Source: Microcystaceae cyanobacterium (GTDB taxonomy: Bacteria; Cyanobacteriota; Cyanobacteriia; Cyanobacteriales; Microcystaceae). From it: a DNA stretch of 64,000 nucleotides. The translations under genes were made by a program, and so were the position numbers. This document shows, piece after piece, positions 11,166-21,724 of this stretch; the first letter of the stretch is position 1; every line of letters starts with the position of its first letter. The stretch covers positions 1-64,000 of the forward strand of contig JBGTGT010000085.1 of the NCBI GenBank assembly GCA_041746575.1. The letters are read 5' to 3'. The notes beneath the pieces were generated by a model, which had not been told where the DNA came from, ran no database searches, and worked only from the letters and a program-made list of their open reading frames with translations.

Positions 11166-11286
11166 GTATCATTACGTTTTTTTATTCTGATGATAAAAAA
11201 TAATGTTAAAAAATATGTATTTTTATATACTATAATTAAGCCAAAAATCTTTTGACCCCTAAACGGAGGCATTACAGAACCCATCG

Positions 11287-12984
11287 ATGAACTATTCAGA
11301 ACTCACAGAAGAAGCAGAACGAGAGGTAAAGAACCTTAAACGCTATGATGCGGAGATTATTGCTAAATATTACCGTTATCGGCCTTGGCAAGCCATCTGG
11401 CGAGCATTACAAGTTATCGGTTACTTTGCCCTCTTTTGGTTTCATCTGCAGTGGGATACATGGACACATCAAGTGGCGCAAAATCGCCCCAAACGGGCTA
11501 GCGAATTGCGCTGTTTGCTGACTCGTCTGGGCCCCACCTTTATCAAAGTCGGCCAAGCCCTTTCCACCCGTCCTGACTTAATTCGCCCCGATTTTTTAGA
11601 AGAATTAATAAAATTACAAGATCAATTGCCACCTTTCGATAACGATATTGCCTTTTCTATCATTGAAAAAGAATTAGATCAGGATGTTTCTGCCCTTTAT
11701 CGGATAATTTCACCTGATCCCATTGCTGCAGCCAGTCTTGGTCAAGTTTATAAAGCTGTTCTTTATTCTGGCGAAGAAGTTGCTGTAAAAGTTCAACGGC
11801 CTAATCTGCGTCCTACTTTAGCGTTAGACCTTTATTTAATGCGTTGGGGGGCGACCAACTTTGGGAGACTCCTTCCCCTCAATCTTGGTCATGATTTAAC
11901 CCTAATTATTGACGAATTTGGCATAAAACTCTTTGAAGAAGTTGATTATCTTAATGAAGCGCGCAACGCCGAAAAATTTGCCACCCATTTCCAAAATAAT
12001 CTTGAGGTCAAAGTTCCTAAAATTTACTGGCGATACAGTAGCCGTCGTGTTTTAACCTTGGAGTGGATAAACGGCTATAAACTGACAGATGTGGACAATA
12101 TTCGAGCCGCAGGACTTGATCTCAACGAGATTGTCAAAATTGGCGTGACATCTGGCTTACAACAACTTTTAGAATATGGTTTCTTTCATGCTGATCCCCA
12201 TCCGGGCAATTTATTCGCTACCCTAGATGGTCGCATGGCTTACATTGATTTTGGCATGATGGATCAATTGGAAGAGGAAACGAAAGAGATTATCGCAAGT
12301 TCAGTCGTTCAGTTAATTAACAAAGATTATCAAGCACTAGCAGACGATTTCGTTAAATTGGGCTTTTTAACAGCCGATACCGATATTACCCCCATTATTC
12401 CCGCCTTGGAACGCGTCTTAGGAAATGCGATGGAGCAAAGTGTCGGAGATTTTAACTTTAGAACGATTACCGATGATTTTTCCGAATTAATGTATGAATA
12501 TCCCTTTCGGGTTCCTGCTAAATTTGCCCTCATTATTCGTTCTTTAATTACCCAAGAAGGACTAGCCTTGAGTTTAGATCCCGACTTCAAAATCGTAGAG
12601 GTGGCCTATCCCTACATCGCACGACGACTGTTAACCGGGGAATCGGCTCAACTACGGCGACGGTTACTGGATATTCTCTTTAAAGATGGCAAATTTCAGT
12701 GGCAACGCCTTGAAAATATGATCGATATTGCCCGTTCCGATGGAAACTTGGATTTGTTGCCCACTGCACAGCTAGGTTTACAATTTTTGCTATCCGACGA
12801 AGGGCGTTATCTACGCCATCAACTGATTCTAGCCCTCACAGAAGACGACCGCTTACATACTGAAGAGGTGAAACGTCTCTGGCAACTTGTGGCCGGTGAA
12901 TTTCAACCCCAACAGTTATTCACAGTGGCTTTTAATGCCTTTCGAGGGTTTTCGAGTAATCGCAATCCTCTTAACGTGAATTGA
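11287..12984 (+). CDS. ABC1/UbiB/AarF family atypical kinase
   Basis: FIKVGQ, AAASLGQVY, VAVKVQRP, HADPHPGN and DFGMM motifs. Confidence 0.93.
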   Translation: MNYSELTEEAEREVKNLKRYDAEIIAKYYRYRPWQAIWRALQVIGYFALFWFHLQWDTWTHQVAQNRPKRASELRCLLTRLGPTFIKVGQALSTRPDLIRPDFLEELIKLQDQLPPFDNDIAFSIIEKELDQDVSALYRIISPDPIAAASLGQVYKAVLYSGEEVAVKVQRPNLRPTLALDLYLMRWGATNFGRLLPLNLGHDLTLIIDEFGIKLFEEVDYLNEARNAEKFATHFQNNLEVKVPKIYWRYSSRRVLTLEWINGYKLTDVDNIRAAGLDLNEIVKIGVTSGLQQLLEYGFFHADPHPGNLFATLDGRMAYIDFGMMDQLEEETKEIIASSVVQLINKDYQALADDFVKLGFLTADTDITPIIPALERVLGNAMEQSVGDFNFRTITDDFSELMYEYPFRVPAKFALIIRSLITQEGLALSLDPDFKIVEVAYPYIARRLLTGESAQLRRRLLDILFKDGKFQWQRLENMIDIARSDGNLDLLPTAQLGLQFLLSDEGRYLRHQLILALTEDDRLHTEEVKRLWQLVAGEFQPQQLFTVAFNAFRGFSSNRNPLNVN

Positions 12985-13027
12985 GGCGTTTTTCCTTTAG
13001 CGTGCTTAAGCTAGCTATGGTAGAGTT

Positions 13028-13249
13028 ATGACGAACAAATCAGCAGGAAGTGGCATAAAAATTGCCGCTACTACCATTGTTTGGGCATTTTCTACGGGAA
13101 TGCTAGGAATTTGTATTCCCCTTGTCTCTAGGACGGAAAGTGGAATCGCTCTGCCCCTCGCTGTTATTTTAGGGGCAACGACCAGTACTGTCGTTATTTG
13201 GTTGAGTTCGAGTCTAGACCGATTAAAATCACCGCCAACGGCTGATTAA
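13028..13249 (+). CDS. Small two-TM hypothetical membrane protein
   Basis: Two hydrophobic segments; fills the gap between co-oriented genes. Confidence 0.6.
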   Translation: MTNKSAGSGIKIAATTIVWAFSTGMLGICIPLVSRTESGIALPLAVILGATTSTVVIWLSSSLDRLKSPPTAD

Positions 13250-13403
13250 AGCCCCATTTTCTCTACTCCGTGGTTTTCCCACTACCCAAGCAATCCGAAA
13301 CCAGCAACCCGAATCTTTGCCATAATATAAAAATAAGCTGATCCCTCGAAAAGATTAAAGCTTACTGACCTTAGCCGTGATTATGGGGAAATAAAGATCA
13401 AAA

Positions 13404-14624
13404 ATGAGGAGTTTATCCATCAGACAGGTAGGGGTTTATACATTGTTGCTGGCCGTGGGCGGAGGAGTCGGCATTTGGGGTAGTCGCCATTTTTCAGGGG
13501 TTTTGCCCTCCCAATCCCAGATAATTGAGCAACCTTCCCAAGCCTCTCAAGTTTTTAGACGGTTACCTATTACGCCCGATGTCTCCTCTCAAGATAATCT
13601 CAACTTTATCGCTAAGGCGGTGCAGAAAGTTGGACCGGCCGTCGTTCGCATTGACGCAGCACGGGAAATGACCCCTAATCAAATAGAACCCTTCGATCAA
13701 CCTTTCTTTCGCCGTTTTTTTGGACAAGAGATGCCCCTGCCTCAAGAAAGGATTGAGCGAGGCACCGGTTCAGGCTTTATTCTCAGTGAAAATGGAGAAG
13801 TTTTGACGAACGCCCACGTCGTACAGGGAAGTCGTCAAGTCAAAGTGACGCTGAAGGACGGACAAGTTTTAGACGGTCAAGTTTTGGGCGTTGATGAAAT
13901 GACCGACGTGGCCATTGTGAAGGTAGAAGCGAAGAATTTGCCCACCGTTGTGCTAGGACAAGCAGAACGCCTCAATCCGGGGGAATGGGCAATCGCCATT
14001 GGCAACCCCCTTGGTTTAGACAATACCGTTACCGTCGGCATTATTAGCGCACTTGGCCGCTCTAGTACCGAAGTGGGGGTTCCTGACAAACGAGTTCGCT
14101 TTATTCAAACCGACGCAGCCATTAACCCCGGCAATTCAGGGGGACCCCTCTTGAATGCTAACGGCGAAGTCATTGGCATTAATACGGCTATTCGTGCTGA
14201 TGCTCAAGGATTAGGCTTTGCCATTCCCATTGAAACTGCTCAACGAGTAGCGCAACAACTCCTCACCACAGGTAAGGCAGAACATCCCTATTTGGGTATT
14301 CACATGGTGACTCTTTCCCCCCAACTGAAAAAAGAACTCAACCAAGCCACCCAAGAGGGCGATTCTCCCCCCTTTGTGGTTACCGAAGAAAAAGGAGTTC
14401 TTGTTATTCGAGTTGTGGCAAATTCCCCGGCAGAGAAGGCCGGTTTTCGAGCGGGGGATATTATTCTTAGCGTCGGCAATCAACCGATTAAAACCGCTAC
14501 AGATGTGCAAGAACAAGTGGAAATCAGTCAGATCGGCACAACGCTCCCTGTCAAAGTCCGCAGAAAAGGAAAAATACAAGATATTTCCGTCAGACCCGAT
14601 GTTTTTCCTCAAGGAGGACGATAA
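13404..14624 (+). CDS. HtrA/HhoA/HhoB family serine protease with PDZ domain
   Basis: TNAHVV, D and GNSGGPL catalytic triad; C-terminal PDZ domain. Confidence 0.93.
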   Translation: MRSLSIRQVGVYTLLLAVGGGVGIWGSRHFSGVLPSQSQIIEQPSQASQVFRRLPITPDVSSQDNLNFIAKAVQKVGPAVVRIDAAREMTPNQIEPFDQPFFRRFFGQEMPLPQERIERGTGSGFILSENGEVLTNAHVVQGSRQVKVTLKDGQVLDGQVLGVDEMTDVAIVKVEAKNLPTVVLGQAERLNPGEWAIAIGNPLGLDNTVTVGIISALGRSSTEVGVPDKRVRFIQTDAAINPGNSGGPLLNANGEVIGINTAIRADAQGLGFAIPIETAQRVAQQLLTTGKAEHPYLGIHMVTLSPQLKKELNQATQEGDSPPFVVTEEKGVLVIRVVANSPAEKAGFRAGDIILSVGNQPIKTATDVQEQVEISQIGTTLPVKVRRKGKIQDISVRPDVFPQGGR

Positions 14625-14770
14625 ACGTTCCCCAAACGATTTTGCGAATCGATCAAAGTATTTGTACTCAGTTGAAAAGAAATTTATAAACTGTTACAAT
14701 CCTTGTATTGCTTGTAGGGAAAGGTTTTTGGGCTTAGGAAGCTTTCAAAATGCTCAAAATTGACGCCAAA

Positions 14771-14816
14771 AAATTAACAAGATGTAACAAATAAAAGGCC
14801 GACGACAGGGTATAAA
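14771..14816 (+). promoter_or_regulatory. Putative cpcB promoter: RpaB/HLR1-like repeat plus -10 box
   Basis: AAATTAACAAGATGTAACA followed by TATAAA at 14811. Resembles the conserved cpcBA upstream element as I recall it from Synechocystis; implies a ~250-nt 5'UTR. Confidence 0.55.
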
Positions 14817-15071
14817 ATTATTTTGAGAGGAATAAGCAAATGGTGAAACCAATCACCAAAGCCTCGTTCAACTCTCAACCCCTTTTTATGAGACGACTAT
14901 GAAGTTTCTCAGGTTTCTTAAAGAAAAACTAAGAAATTTGAAAAACAATTAAGATTAGCAAGTCTCGCTTAAGTTCAATCAACCGAATCATTTAAGCTAT
15001 TTAAAATCCCTTTAGGGAACGTAGCAAATCCAACCCGTTTAATTTTTCGTCGAGTTAGGAGACTAAAATCA

Positions 15072-15590
15072 ATGTTTGACGCATTTACCAGAGTTGTTTC
15101 TCAAGCCGATGCTCGTGGTGAATTTTTATCTAGCTCTCAGCTAGATGCCCTCAGTTCCATGGTTTCTGAAAGCAACAAGCGGATGGATGCGGTTAACCGT
15201 ATTACCAGCAATGCTTCCACCATCGTTTCTGATGCTGCTCGTGCCTTATTTTCAGAACAGCCTCAACTGATTTCTCCCGGTGGAAACGCTTACACCAGCC
15301 GTCGCATGGCTGCTTGCTTACGCGACATGGAAATCATCTTACGCTATGTAACCTATGCAACCTTCTCTGGTGATGCAAGTGTTTTAGAAGATCGTTGTCT
15401 TAATGGACTACGTGAAACCTACGTGGCTTTAGGTGTTCCCGGTGCTTCTGTTGCTGCTGGCGTTCAAAAAATGAAAGATGCTGCGATTTCAATGGCCAAT
15501 GACCGCAATGGAGTAACTTCTGGTGATTGTAGCTCTTTAATGTCCGAAATTTCTGGTTATTTTGACCGTGCGGCTTCATCTGTTGCCTAA
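15072..15590 (+). CDS. cpcB: C-phycocyanin beta subunit
   Basis: [13 protein letters not shown] start, RRMAACLRD and GDCSSL; 172 aa. Confidence 0.98.
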   Translation: MFDAFTRVVSQADARGEFLSSSQLDALSSMVSESNKRMDAVNRITSNASTIVSDAARALFSEQPQLISPGGNAYTSRRMAACLRDMEIILRYVTYATFSGDASVLEDRCLNGLRETYVALGVPGASVAAGVQKMKDAAISMANDRNGVTSGDCSSLMSEISGYFDRAASSVA

Positions 15591-15676
15591 AACAGCGAGT
15601 TAAGACGCATCAATTCGCAAAATCGCCATCAATCTAGGAAAACTTAGCAAATTTACATTTGGGAGATACCAAAACC

Positions 15677-16165
15677 ATGAAAACCCCTATCACTGAAGCC
15701 GTAGCAACTGCTGATTCTCAAGGACGCTTCTTAGGTAGCACCGAAATCCAGATCGCTTTTGGTCGTTTTCGTCAAGCCACCGCTAGCTTACAAGCAGCTA
15801 AAAGCTTAACCGAAAAAGCAGATTCCTTAGTCCAAGGTGCAGCCAACGCTGTTTACAGCAAATTCCCCTACACCACCCAAATGTCCGGCCCTAACTATGC
15901 CCAAGATCAACGCGGCAAAGACAAGTGCGCTCGTGACATCGGTTACTATCTTCGGATGGTGACCTACTGCCTAGTCGCAGGTGGAACTGGCCCCATGGAC
16001 GAATATCTTCTTGCCGGTATTGATGAAATCAACCGCACCTTCGACTTATCCCCTAGCTGGTACGTTGAAGCCCTGAAATATATTAAAGCGAATCACGGAC
16101 TCAGTGGCGATCCGTCTGTCGAAGCCAATTCCTACCTTGATTACGCAATCAACGCCCTCAGCTAA
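15677..16165 (+). CDS. cpcA: C-phycocyanin alpha subunit
   Basis: MKTPITEAV start at ATG 15677 behind a [15 protein letters not shown]; 162 aa. Confidence 0.98.
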   Translation: MKTPITEAVATADSQGRFLGSTEIQIAFGRFRQATASLQAAKSLTEKADSLVQGAANAVYSKFPYTTQMSGPNYAQDQRGKDKCARDIGYYLRMVTYCLVAGGTGPMDEYLLAGIDEINRTFDLSPSWYVEALKYIKANHGLSGDPSVEANSYLDYAINALS

Positions 16166-16184
16166 TTATAGCTAAGGTGCTAAT

Positions 16185-16245
16185 GACCTGGAAAGTCAGG
16201 GGGTTGTTGGCAAATATCGTCTTCAATCATCTGTTTTTCCAGGTC
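16185..16245 (+). terminator. Long stem-loop between cpcA and cpcC
   Basis: GACCTGGAAA (16185-16194) pairs with TTTCCAGGTC (16236-16245); likely a partial terminator or mRNA stabiliser. Confidence 0.65.
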
Positions 16246-16292
16246 TTGTTATATCTAAGCTTTGATAACCTTCTAATAAAGGAGTAATAACA

Positions 16293-17171
16293 GTGGCGGT
16301 AACCGTAGCAGCGTCTCGTTTAGGGACTTCAGCCTTCAGCGGTGCGTCTCCTATTGAACTGCGCCCCGACTGGACGCAGGAAGACGCAAAAACTGTAATT
16401 CGTGCCGTTTATCGACAAGTTCTCGGCAACGATTACATCATGAAATCGGAACGGCTCAAAAGTGCAGAGTCCCTATTATGTAATGGTGCAATTACAGTAC
16501 GGGATTTTGTAAGAGCAGTAGCAAAATCGGAGTTGTACAAAAACAAATTCCTGTATAACAACTTTCAAACCCGAGTGATTGAGTTAAATTATAAGCATCT
16601 TTTGGGTCGTGCGCCCTACGATGAAGCAGAAGTGATCTATCACTTGGACTTGTATGAAACCAAGGGATTTGATGCAGACATCGATTCCTATATTGATTCC
16701 CCCGAATATCAAGAAAGCTTTGGCGATAATATTGTCCCTTATTATCGTGGGTTTGACACCCAACAAGGGCAAAAAACTGTGGGATTTCCACGGATGTTTC
16801 GTCTTTATCGGGGCTATGCCAATAGCGATCGTTCCCAAGTTGAGCGGAATAATTCCCGTTTAGCAGTGGAATTGGCGCAAAATTGCGCAACGGCAGTGGT
16901 CGGTCCTTCAGGAAGCAATAGTGGTTGGTCTTATCTAAGATCGAGAACGGGAGAAACCCCCGCTAAAGCACTGGGTGGTAACCTTCCCTTCCGCAGCGAT
17001 CGCAAAATTTATCGCATAGAAATCACCGCCATCAGCAAACCGGGTTATCCCAGTGTGCGTCGGAGTAATAAAGCCCTGTTAGTGCCTTATGAAGAATTAT
17101 CGGCAACTTTACAGCGCATTAATCGTTCCGGTGGCAAAGTCGCCAGCATTACCCCTGCTAGCACCAACTAA
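16293..17171 (+). CDS. cpcC: Phycocyanin rod linker polypeptide
   Basis: [14 protein letters not shown] and KHLLGRAP motifs; C-terminal CpcD-like domain; GTG start behind an AAGGAG SD. Confidence 0.95.
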   Translation: MAVTVAASRLGTSAFSGASPIELRPDWTQEDAKTVIRAVYRQVLGNDYIMKSERLKSAESLLCNGAITVRDFVRAVAKSELYKNKFLYNNFQTRVIELNYKHLLGRAPYDEAEVIYHLDLYETKGFDADIDSYIDSPEYQESFGDNIVPYYRGFDTQQGQKTVGFPRMFRLYRGYANSDRSQVERNNSRLAVELAQNCATAVVGPSGSNSGWSYLRSRTGETPAKALGGNLPFRSDRKIYRIEITAISKPGYPSVRRSNKALLVPYEELSATLQRINRSGGKVASITPASTN

Positions 17172-17177
17172 GAAAAA

Positions 17178-17199
17178 AGGGACACAAGCCTGTGTCCCT
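17178..17199 (+). terminator. Hairpin between cpcC and cpcD
   Basis: AGGGACACA-AGCC-TGTGTCCCT, a perfect 9-bp stem. Confidence 0.55.
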
Positions 17200-17266
17200 A
17201 TTGAGGTAAAAGATGTCTTAGTCCTTCATTATTAACGAAAACCATTAACAAAAGCAACACAAAATT

Positions 17267-17527
17267 ATGTTAGGTGGATCATCTCTCGTTCGCGCTGGCA
17301 ACAGTCCTTCTGCTAATCGGGTGTTTCTCTATGAAGTCACGGGCTTACGGCAAAGCGATACCAGCGATAAAAATAGTTATCCCGTACGCCGCAGTGGCAA
17401 TGTCTTCATTAGAGTTCCCTATACTCGCATGAATGAAGAAATGCAGCGTATTACTCGCTTAGGAGGCGAAATCGTCGGCATTCATCCCTTTGGCGTAGAA
17501 GCAACATCCGCAGTTTCAGAGGGCTAA
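17267..17527 (+). CDS. cpcD: Rod-capping linker polypeptide
   Basis: RVFLYEVTGL...VPYTRMNEEMQRITRLGGEIV. Confidence 0.95.
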   Translation: MLGGSSLVRAGNSPSANRVFLYEVTGLRQSDTSDKNSYPVRRSGNVFIRVPYTRMNEEMQRITRLGGEIVGIHPFGVEATSAVSEG

Positions 17528-17534
17528 GATTTCG

Positions 17535-18377
17535 ATGTCTGACTTGAAGGCTGACTCATGGGCAGAACAACCCTTTGCCGAGAGTCCCGCTTACACTCTA
17601 GCGCAAGCCTTAAACCAGTTACAACAAACCGAAGACCCTAGCGCCCGCTATTATGCAGCGTGGTGGCTGGGTCGTTTTCGCGTCAACAGAGACGAAGCTC
17701 TGAAAGGACTGGTAGAAACCCTCAAAGATGAAAGTGATCGCTCTCCTGATGGGGGGTATCCCCTGCGACGAAATGGGGCGAAGGCTTTGGGTAAATTGGG
17801 CAATTTGGCGGCCGTTGAACCGCTTATTAGGACGTTAGACTGCGAAGATTATTATGTGCGAGAGTCCGTGGCGCAATCACTGGAAATGCTAGGAGATCAT
17901 CGGGCCATTCAACCGTTGACGAGGTTATTAGCCGGAGGAATTGAATCCGCTCGACAAGTAGAGGGAAAGCCCCATTTAGTACAACCCTATGAAGCTATTA
18001 TCGAAGCCCTAGGAGCGTTAGGTGCAAGGGAAGCTATTCCCCTCATTGAGCCATTTTTAGGGCATTTTGTGCCGAAAGTTCAATATGCGGCCGCTCGAGC
18101 AATGTATCAATTAACGGGAAACTCGCAGTACGGGGAACGGTTAGTCATCGCTTTACAGGATTCATCGTTGCCGTTGCGCAGATCAGCCCTAATGGATTTA
18201 GGGGCAAGTGGTTACATCGAAGGGGCGGAAGCGATCGCTCAAACTTTGGCGGAAAATAGTTTAAAGTTAGTAGCATTAAAAGGATTATTAGAATCTGATT
18301 TGCGGCGATATCCTTGGGAATTAAATTTATCGGCCACCAGTCTAAAAATTATGGCTTTGATGGATGATTTGTTATAA
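17535..18377 (+). CDS. cpcE: Phycocyanobilin lyase alpha subunit (HEAT repeats)
   Basis: RYYAAWWLG, GGYPLRRN and AENSLKL motifs. Confidence 0.93.
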   Translation: MSDLKADSWAEQPFAESPAYTLAQALNQLQQTEDPSARYYAAWWLGRFRVNRDEALKGLVETLKDESDRSPDGGYPLRRNGAKALGKLGNLAAVEPLIRTLDCEDYYVRESVAQSLEMLGDHRAIQPLTRLLAGGIESARQVEGKPHLVQPYEAIIEALGALGAREAIPLIEPFLGHFVPKVQYAAARAMYQLTGNSQYGERLVIALQDSSLPLRRSALMDLGASGYIEGAEAIAQTLAENSLKLVALKGLLESDLRRYPWELNLSATSLKIMALMDDLL

Positions 18378-18401
18378 TTTGAAAGAAAAACGCTTTATTC
18401 T

Positions 18402-19313
18402 TCATTTTGTCAGGTCATTGTTGGGTATTTTTAAATGAATCATTGGATCTTGTGCGACCCAACCCACCGGTAACTGATATCGCACTTCAAAGTGAAGATG
18501 AGGTTGGGAGATATCCGGTTGTCCTGTCGTTCCTACTTCTCCCAAAACGTCTCCGGTTTGCACGTTTTGCCCAATATTAACCGTAATTTTGCTTAAATGC
18601 CCGTAGCGGGTTTGGCGACCTTGGCCATGATCGATAATGACTAAAAAACCGTAATTTGGTTCATTTCCTTTAAAAATCACTTGTCCTACTTCGGGGGCAA
18701 GAACGGGAGTTCCAACTTCTGCCAGTAAGTCCACCCCACTGTGAAAGAGATTTTTTTGCGTGGCAGGATCAAGATGCCATCCATACGCTAAACCCACTTG
18801 AGCAACACTAGGCAAAGGATAACCTGATAATCCCGTGTAATTTTCTATTTTTCTGGTATTTTCCTCTTTTTTCCAAATCAGACCCGGAATAAAAGCAATG
18901 TTGCTTGGGGCTTGGCAACCATTTAATTCAAACAGTACGTCGGCACGCACACCGTAAGCCGCCGCTAAATCTTGCCACGTTGCGCCTTGAGGAACTTCGA
19001 CAGTAATACCATTGAAGGGCGGAATCTGAATGACATCCCCCGGCGCGATCGCCTTTTCCGGTAAGGTAGGATTGAGTCGGAGCAAGGTGTCAGGAATCAG
19101 ATTATATTGTTGAGCAATACTGGGAATCGTTTCTCCTGCGATGACCGTATGGGGTTTCAAACGGGACAAAACAGGCTTAGGACAGAGTTCTGAGACATTA
19201 GGTTCCGTACCTTGGGCATAAACGGCAAAATGTGTCGTTGACAAAAAAACAATAGCAATGGCTATATTTGAACAAAATACAGCTAAACATAGGTTTTTTG
19301 GCAATTTATTCAT
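18402..19313 (-). CDS. LysM + M23 family metallopeptidase
   Basis: Two LysM-like repeats, HSGVD, YGHL and HLHFE motifs. Confidence 0.9.
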   Translation of the reverse strand: MNKLPKNLCLAVFCSNIAIAIVFLSTTHFAVYAQGTEPNVSELCPKPVLSRLKPHTVIAGETIPSIAQQYNLIPDTLLRLNPTLPEKAIAPGDVIQIPPFNGITVEVPQGATWQDLAAAYGVRADVLFELNGCQAPSNIAFIPGLIWKKEENTRKIENYTGLSGYPLPSVAQVGLAYGWHLDPATQKNLFHSGVDLLAEVGTPVLAPEVGQVIFKGNEPNYGFLVIIDHGQGRQTRYGHLSKITVNIGQNVQTGDVLGEVGTTGQPDISQPHLHFEVRYQLPVGWVAQDPMIHLKIPNNDLTK

Positions 19314-19362
19314 AAAGTTTAAGGTTATGACTTCTTTAGACCTATGTCGAAAACCATTTTGT

Positions 19363-20661
19363 TTAAAGAACTCGAATCACAGAGGGAATGCTTTTAATCG
19401 CTTCTAGAGCTTTAATTTCGGCTAAAGCCTGTCTAAAATCCCCTTCTTTGACCTCATGGGTCACCACCACAATTTCGGCTAAAGCCGCTTGAAAGCCGAT
19501 TTGTACCACAGACTCTAAACTGACGCAATGGTTACCAAAAGCCGTCCCTAAGTGTCCGATTACCCCCGGAACATCCTGAGTGAGAAAGCGAGCGTAAAAG
19601 CGGGTATTAATGGCTGCCAACGGGGTGATTTGACAATAATGCTGATGGGTGCAACTGAGAAGCGGATCGAGGTGTTCGAGAGTATGACTGCTTTTGAGGA
19701 TGCCCACAATATTAAGGATATCAGAAACGACTGCGCTGGCCGTTGGACCTGCTCCGGCTCCCGGCCCATAAAACATCACCTGTCCAAGGGGATCAGCTTC
19801 AATGAGAATGGCGTTAAAGACCCCGTTAATGCTGGCTAAGGGATGAGATTTCGGCACGAAGGTCGGATGAACCCGTAATTGTAACGCCTCGGATTCTTGT
19901 CCTTTTGCTCCTTTAGCGATCGCCAATAATTTAATCACAAATCCTAAGCGATCGGCGTATTGAATATCAACGGCACTAATTGAACGAATGCCTTCACAAT
20001 AGACATCTTCCCGTTTGACTCGTCCCCCGAAACCTAAGGAAGCCAAGATGGCAATTTTATCGGCTGCATCCAGTCCATCTATGTCTGCTGTAGGGTCGGC
20101 TTCTGCATAACCGAGTTGTTGAGCTTTTTCAAGAACATCAGTGAAATCTGCCCTATTTTGGGTCATTTGGCTGAGAATATAGTTAGTTGTTCCATTGATA
20201 ATGCCAATAATACTCTTAACTCGATTGGCACCGACCGACTGTTTCAGCGGTTTAATAATGGGAATTCCGCCCCCTACTGCTGCTTCTAAGAGAACATAAA
20301 CCCCCGCTTGATTGGCTTTTTCATAGATTTCGTCGCCATAACGAGCAATTACAGCTTTATTTGCCGTTACAACGTGTTTTTTATGGTTAATCGCTTGTAA
20401 AATTAGGGTTCTCGCCGGCTCTAAACCGCCTAAAAGTTCGACTACAATGTCAATCTCAGGATCGCTGACAATTGAAAACAAATCCGTGGTTAACTGCTCC
20501 CCATCGAGGTTAACCGTTCGGGTTTTATCGAGCGATCGCACCCCCACCCGATGAATAGACAACTCTTGTACTAGGGGGTTTCTTCCCATCGGATCAAGAA
20601 TGATGTTAGCGGTTCCCGATCCCACTGTTCCGAGTCCTAATAAGCCAATTCTGAACACCAC
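19363..20661 (-). CDS. hom: Homoserine dehydrogenase with ACT domain
   Basis: GLGTVG, VVTANK, EAAVGGGIP, NGTTNYIL and GAGAGPTASAV motifs. Confidence 0.95.
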   Translation of the reverse strand: MVFRIGLLGLGTVGSGTANIILDPMGRNPLVQELSIHRVGVRSLDKTRTVNLDGEQLTTDLFSIVSDPEIDIVVELLGGLEPARTLILQAINHKKHVVTANKAVIARYGDEIYEKANQAGVYVLLEAAVGGGIPIIKPLKQSVGANRVKSIIGIINGTTNYILSQMTQNRADFTDVLEKAQQLGYAEADPTADIDGLDAADKIAILASLGFGGRVKREDVYCEGIRSISAVDIQYADRLGFVIKLLAIAKGAKGQESEALQLRVHPTFVPKSHPLASINGVFNAILIEADPLGQVMFYGPGAGAGPTASAVVSDILNIVGILKSSHTLEHLDPLLSCTHQHYCQITPLAAINTRFYARFLTQDVPGVIGHLGTAFGNHCVSLESVVQIGFQAALAEIVVVTHEVKEGDFRQALAEIKALEAIKSIPSVIRVL

Positions 20662-20826
20662 AGCGTCATTCCCTTTTTTGCTTTCTAGTCATTTTACCAG
20701 TGAGCCGTCTCGCCCCGTTATTTCAGTTTACTGTTAACTGGTTACGGATTTATGAGATGATGGGGAAGTTGTCTGCCATTATTCGTTCAATTTTTGGTGC
20801 TAAGCAAAGAACAGAGAGAAACAAGT

Positions 20827-21051
20827 ATGAAAGTCGGCGATCGCGTTCAGGTTATCAGTTCCGTCATCGTTTATCATCATCCCCAACATAAAAACGAACC
20901 TTTTGATTTAAAAGGGATGGAAGGCGAAATCCTCGGCGTGGTTACCGAATGGCAAGGACGGCCAGTTAGTGCTAATCTGCCGATTCTAGTACGATTTGAA
21001 AAACGTTTTAAAGCGCATTTTCGCCCCCATGAACTAGAAATTAGCGGCTAA
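20827..21051 (+). CDS. ftrV: Ferredoxin-thioredoxin reductase variable subunit
   Basis: MKVGDRV...VYHHP...SANLP...FKAHF; ATG at 20827. Confidence 0.92.
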   Translation: MKVGDRVQVISSVIVYHHPQHKNEPFDLKGMEGEILGVVTEWQGRPVSANLPILVRFEKRFKAHFRPHELEISG

Positions 21052-21315
21052 GTCGCTTTATACGGACAGATTAAGTTCTTTTAATCGAGAAATAGCTAAA
21101 ATTCTGTTTTTTTATCCCTCTTTTAAGGGGATCCGTTTTAGGCTCAACCCATCTGATTTTGTACGGGTTAATTTTTGATTTAAGGCAAGGTTAAGGGACT
21201 TTCTCGGTTTCTCCCCTTTTTTGTAACGCAGAAGACAAACTTGTTGAATTTTCTTCATATAATGTGATATAACTTAATCGTTCATTGCACTGTCGTTATT
21301 TCACAGAAAACCGTT

Positions 21316-21486
21316 ATGGAATTATCTCAATTACAACGTTCCTACTACCAACAACTGATTAAGGCGGGTGTCTCCTCGGATAGAGCCTTCAATGCGGCTC
21401 GTTCTCTAACTCAAGAACAATTGGAAATTATCTCTGAAATTTGGTCAGATTGGTCAAGTGTGGCCAGTAAAACGCAAGCCGCTTAA
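21316..21486 (+). CDS. 56-aa hypothetical small protein (below ORF-track cutoff)
   Basis: MELSQLQRSYYQQLIKAGVSSDRAFNAARSLTQEQLEIISEIWSDWSSVASKTQAA*; TATAAT upstream; lies in an otherwise empty intergenic region. Confidence 0.6.
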   Translation: MELSQLQRSYYQQLIKAGVSSDRAFNAARSLTQEQLEIISEIWSDWSSVASKTQAA

Positions 21487-21644
21487 GATTTGTCCCTGTA
21501 TTTAACGGTTTGGGTGCGCTGCACATCCCTTTTGTTGTTTAAAGTCGCAATGATATTCCTCAAAAATACTTCTATTTCCTTCAGAGTTTACCATCGTTAT
21601 CCTTGAAATGCCATTACATTATGCCTACTTAACGTTACAAATTT

Positions 21645-21667
21645 CCCTGCATTGACGCAGGGTTTTT
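21645..21667 (+). terminator. Rho-independent terminator
   Basis: CCCTGC-ATTGAC-GCAGGG followed by TTTTT. Confidence 0.6.
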
Positions 21668-21724
21668 AATGCTGATGGGTTGCTGACGGGATAAAATTGA
21701 ACCGTTTTAAGTTTTAAAAAAGAC

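Noticed and set aside
21275..21315. ATCGTTCA start resembling a glutamine (glnA-type) riboswitch
   Set aside because: The downstream conserved GACGGAAGTA/GAAGGAACG elements are absent.
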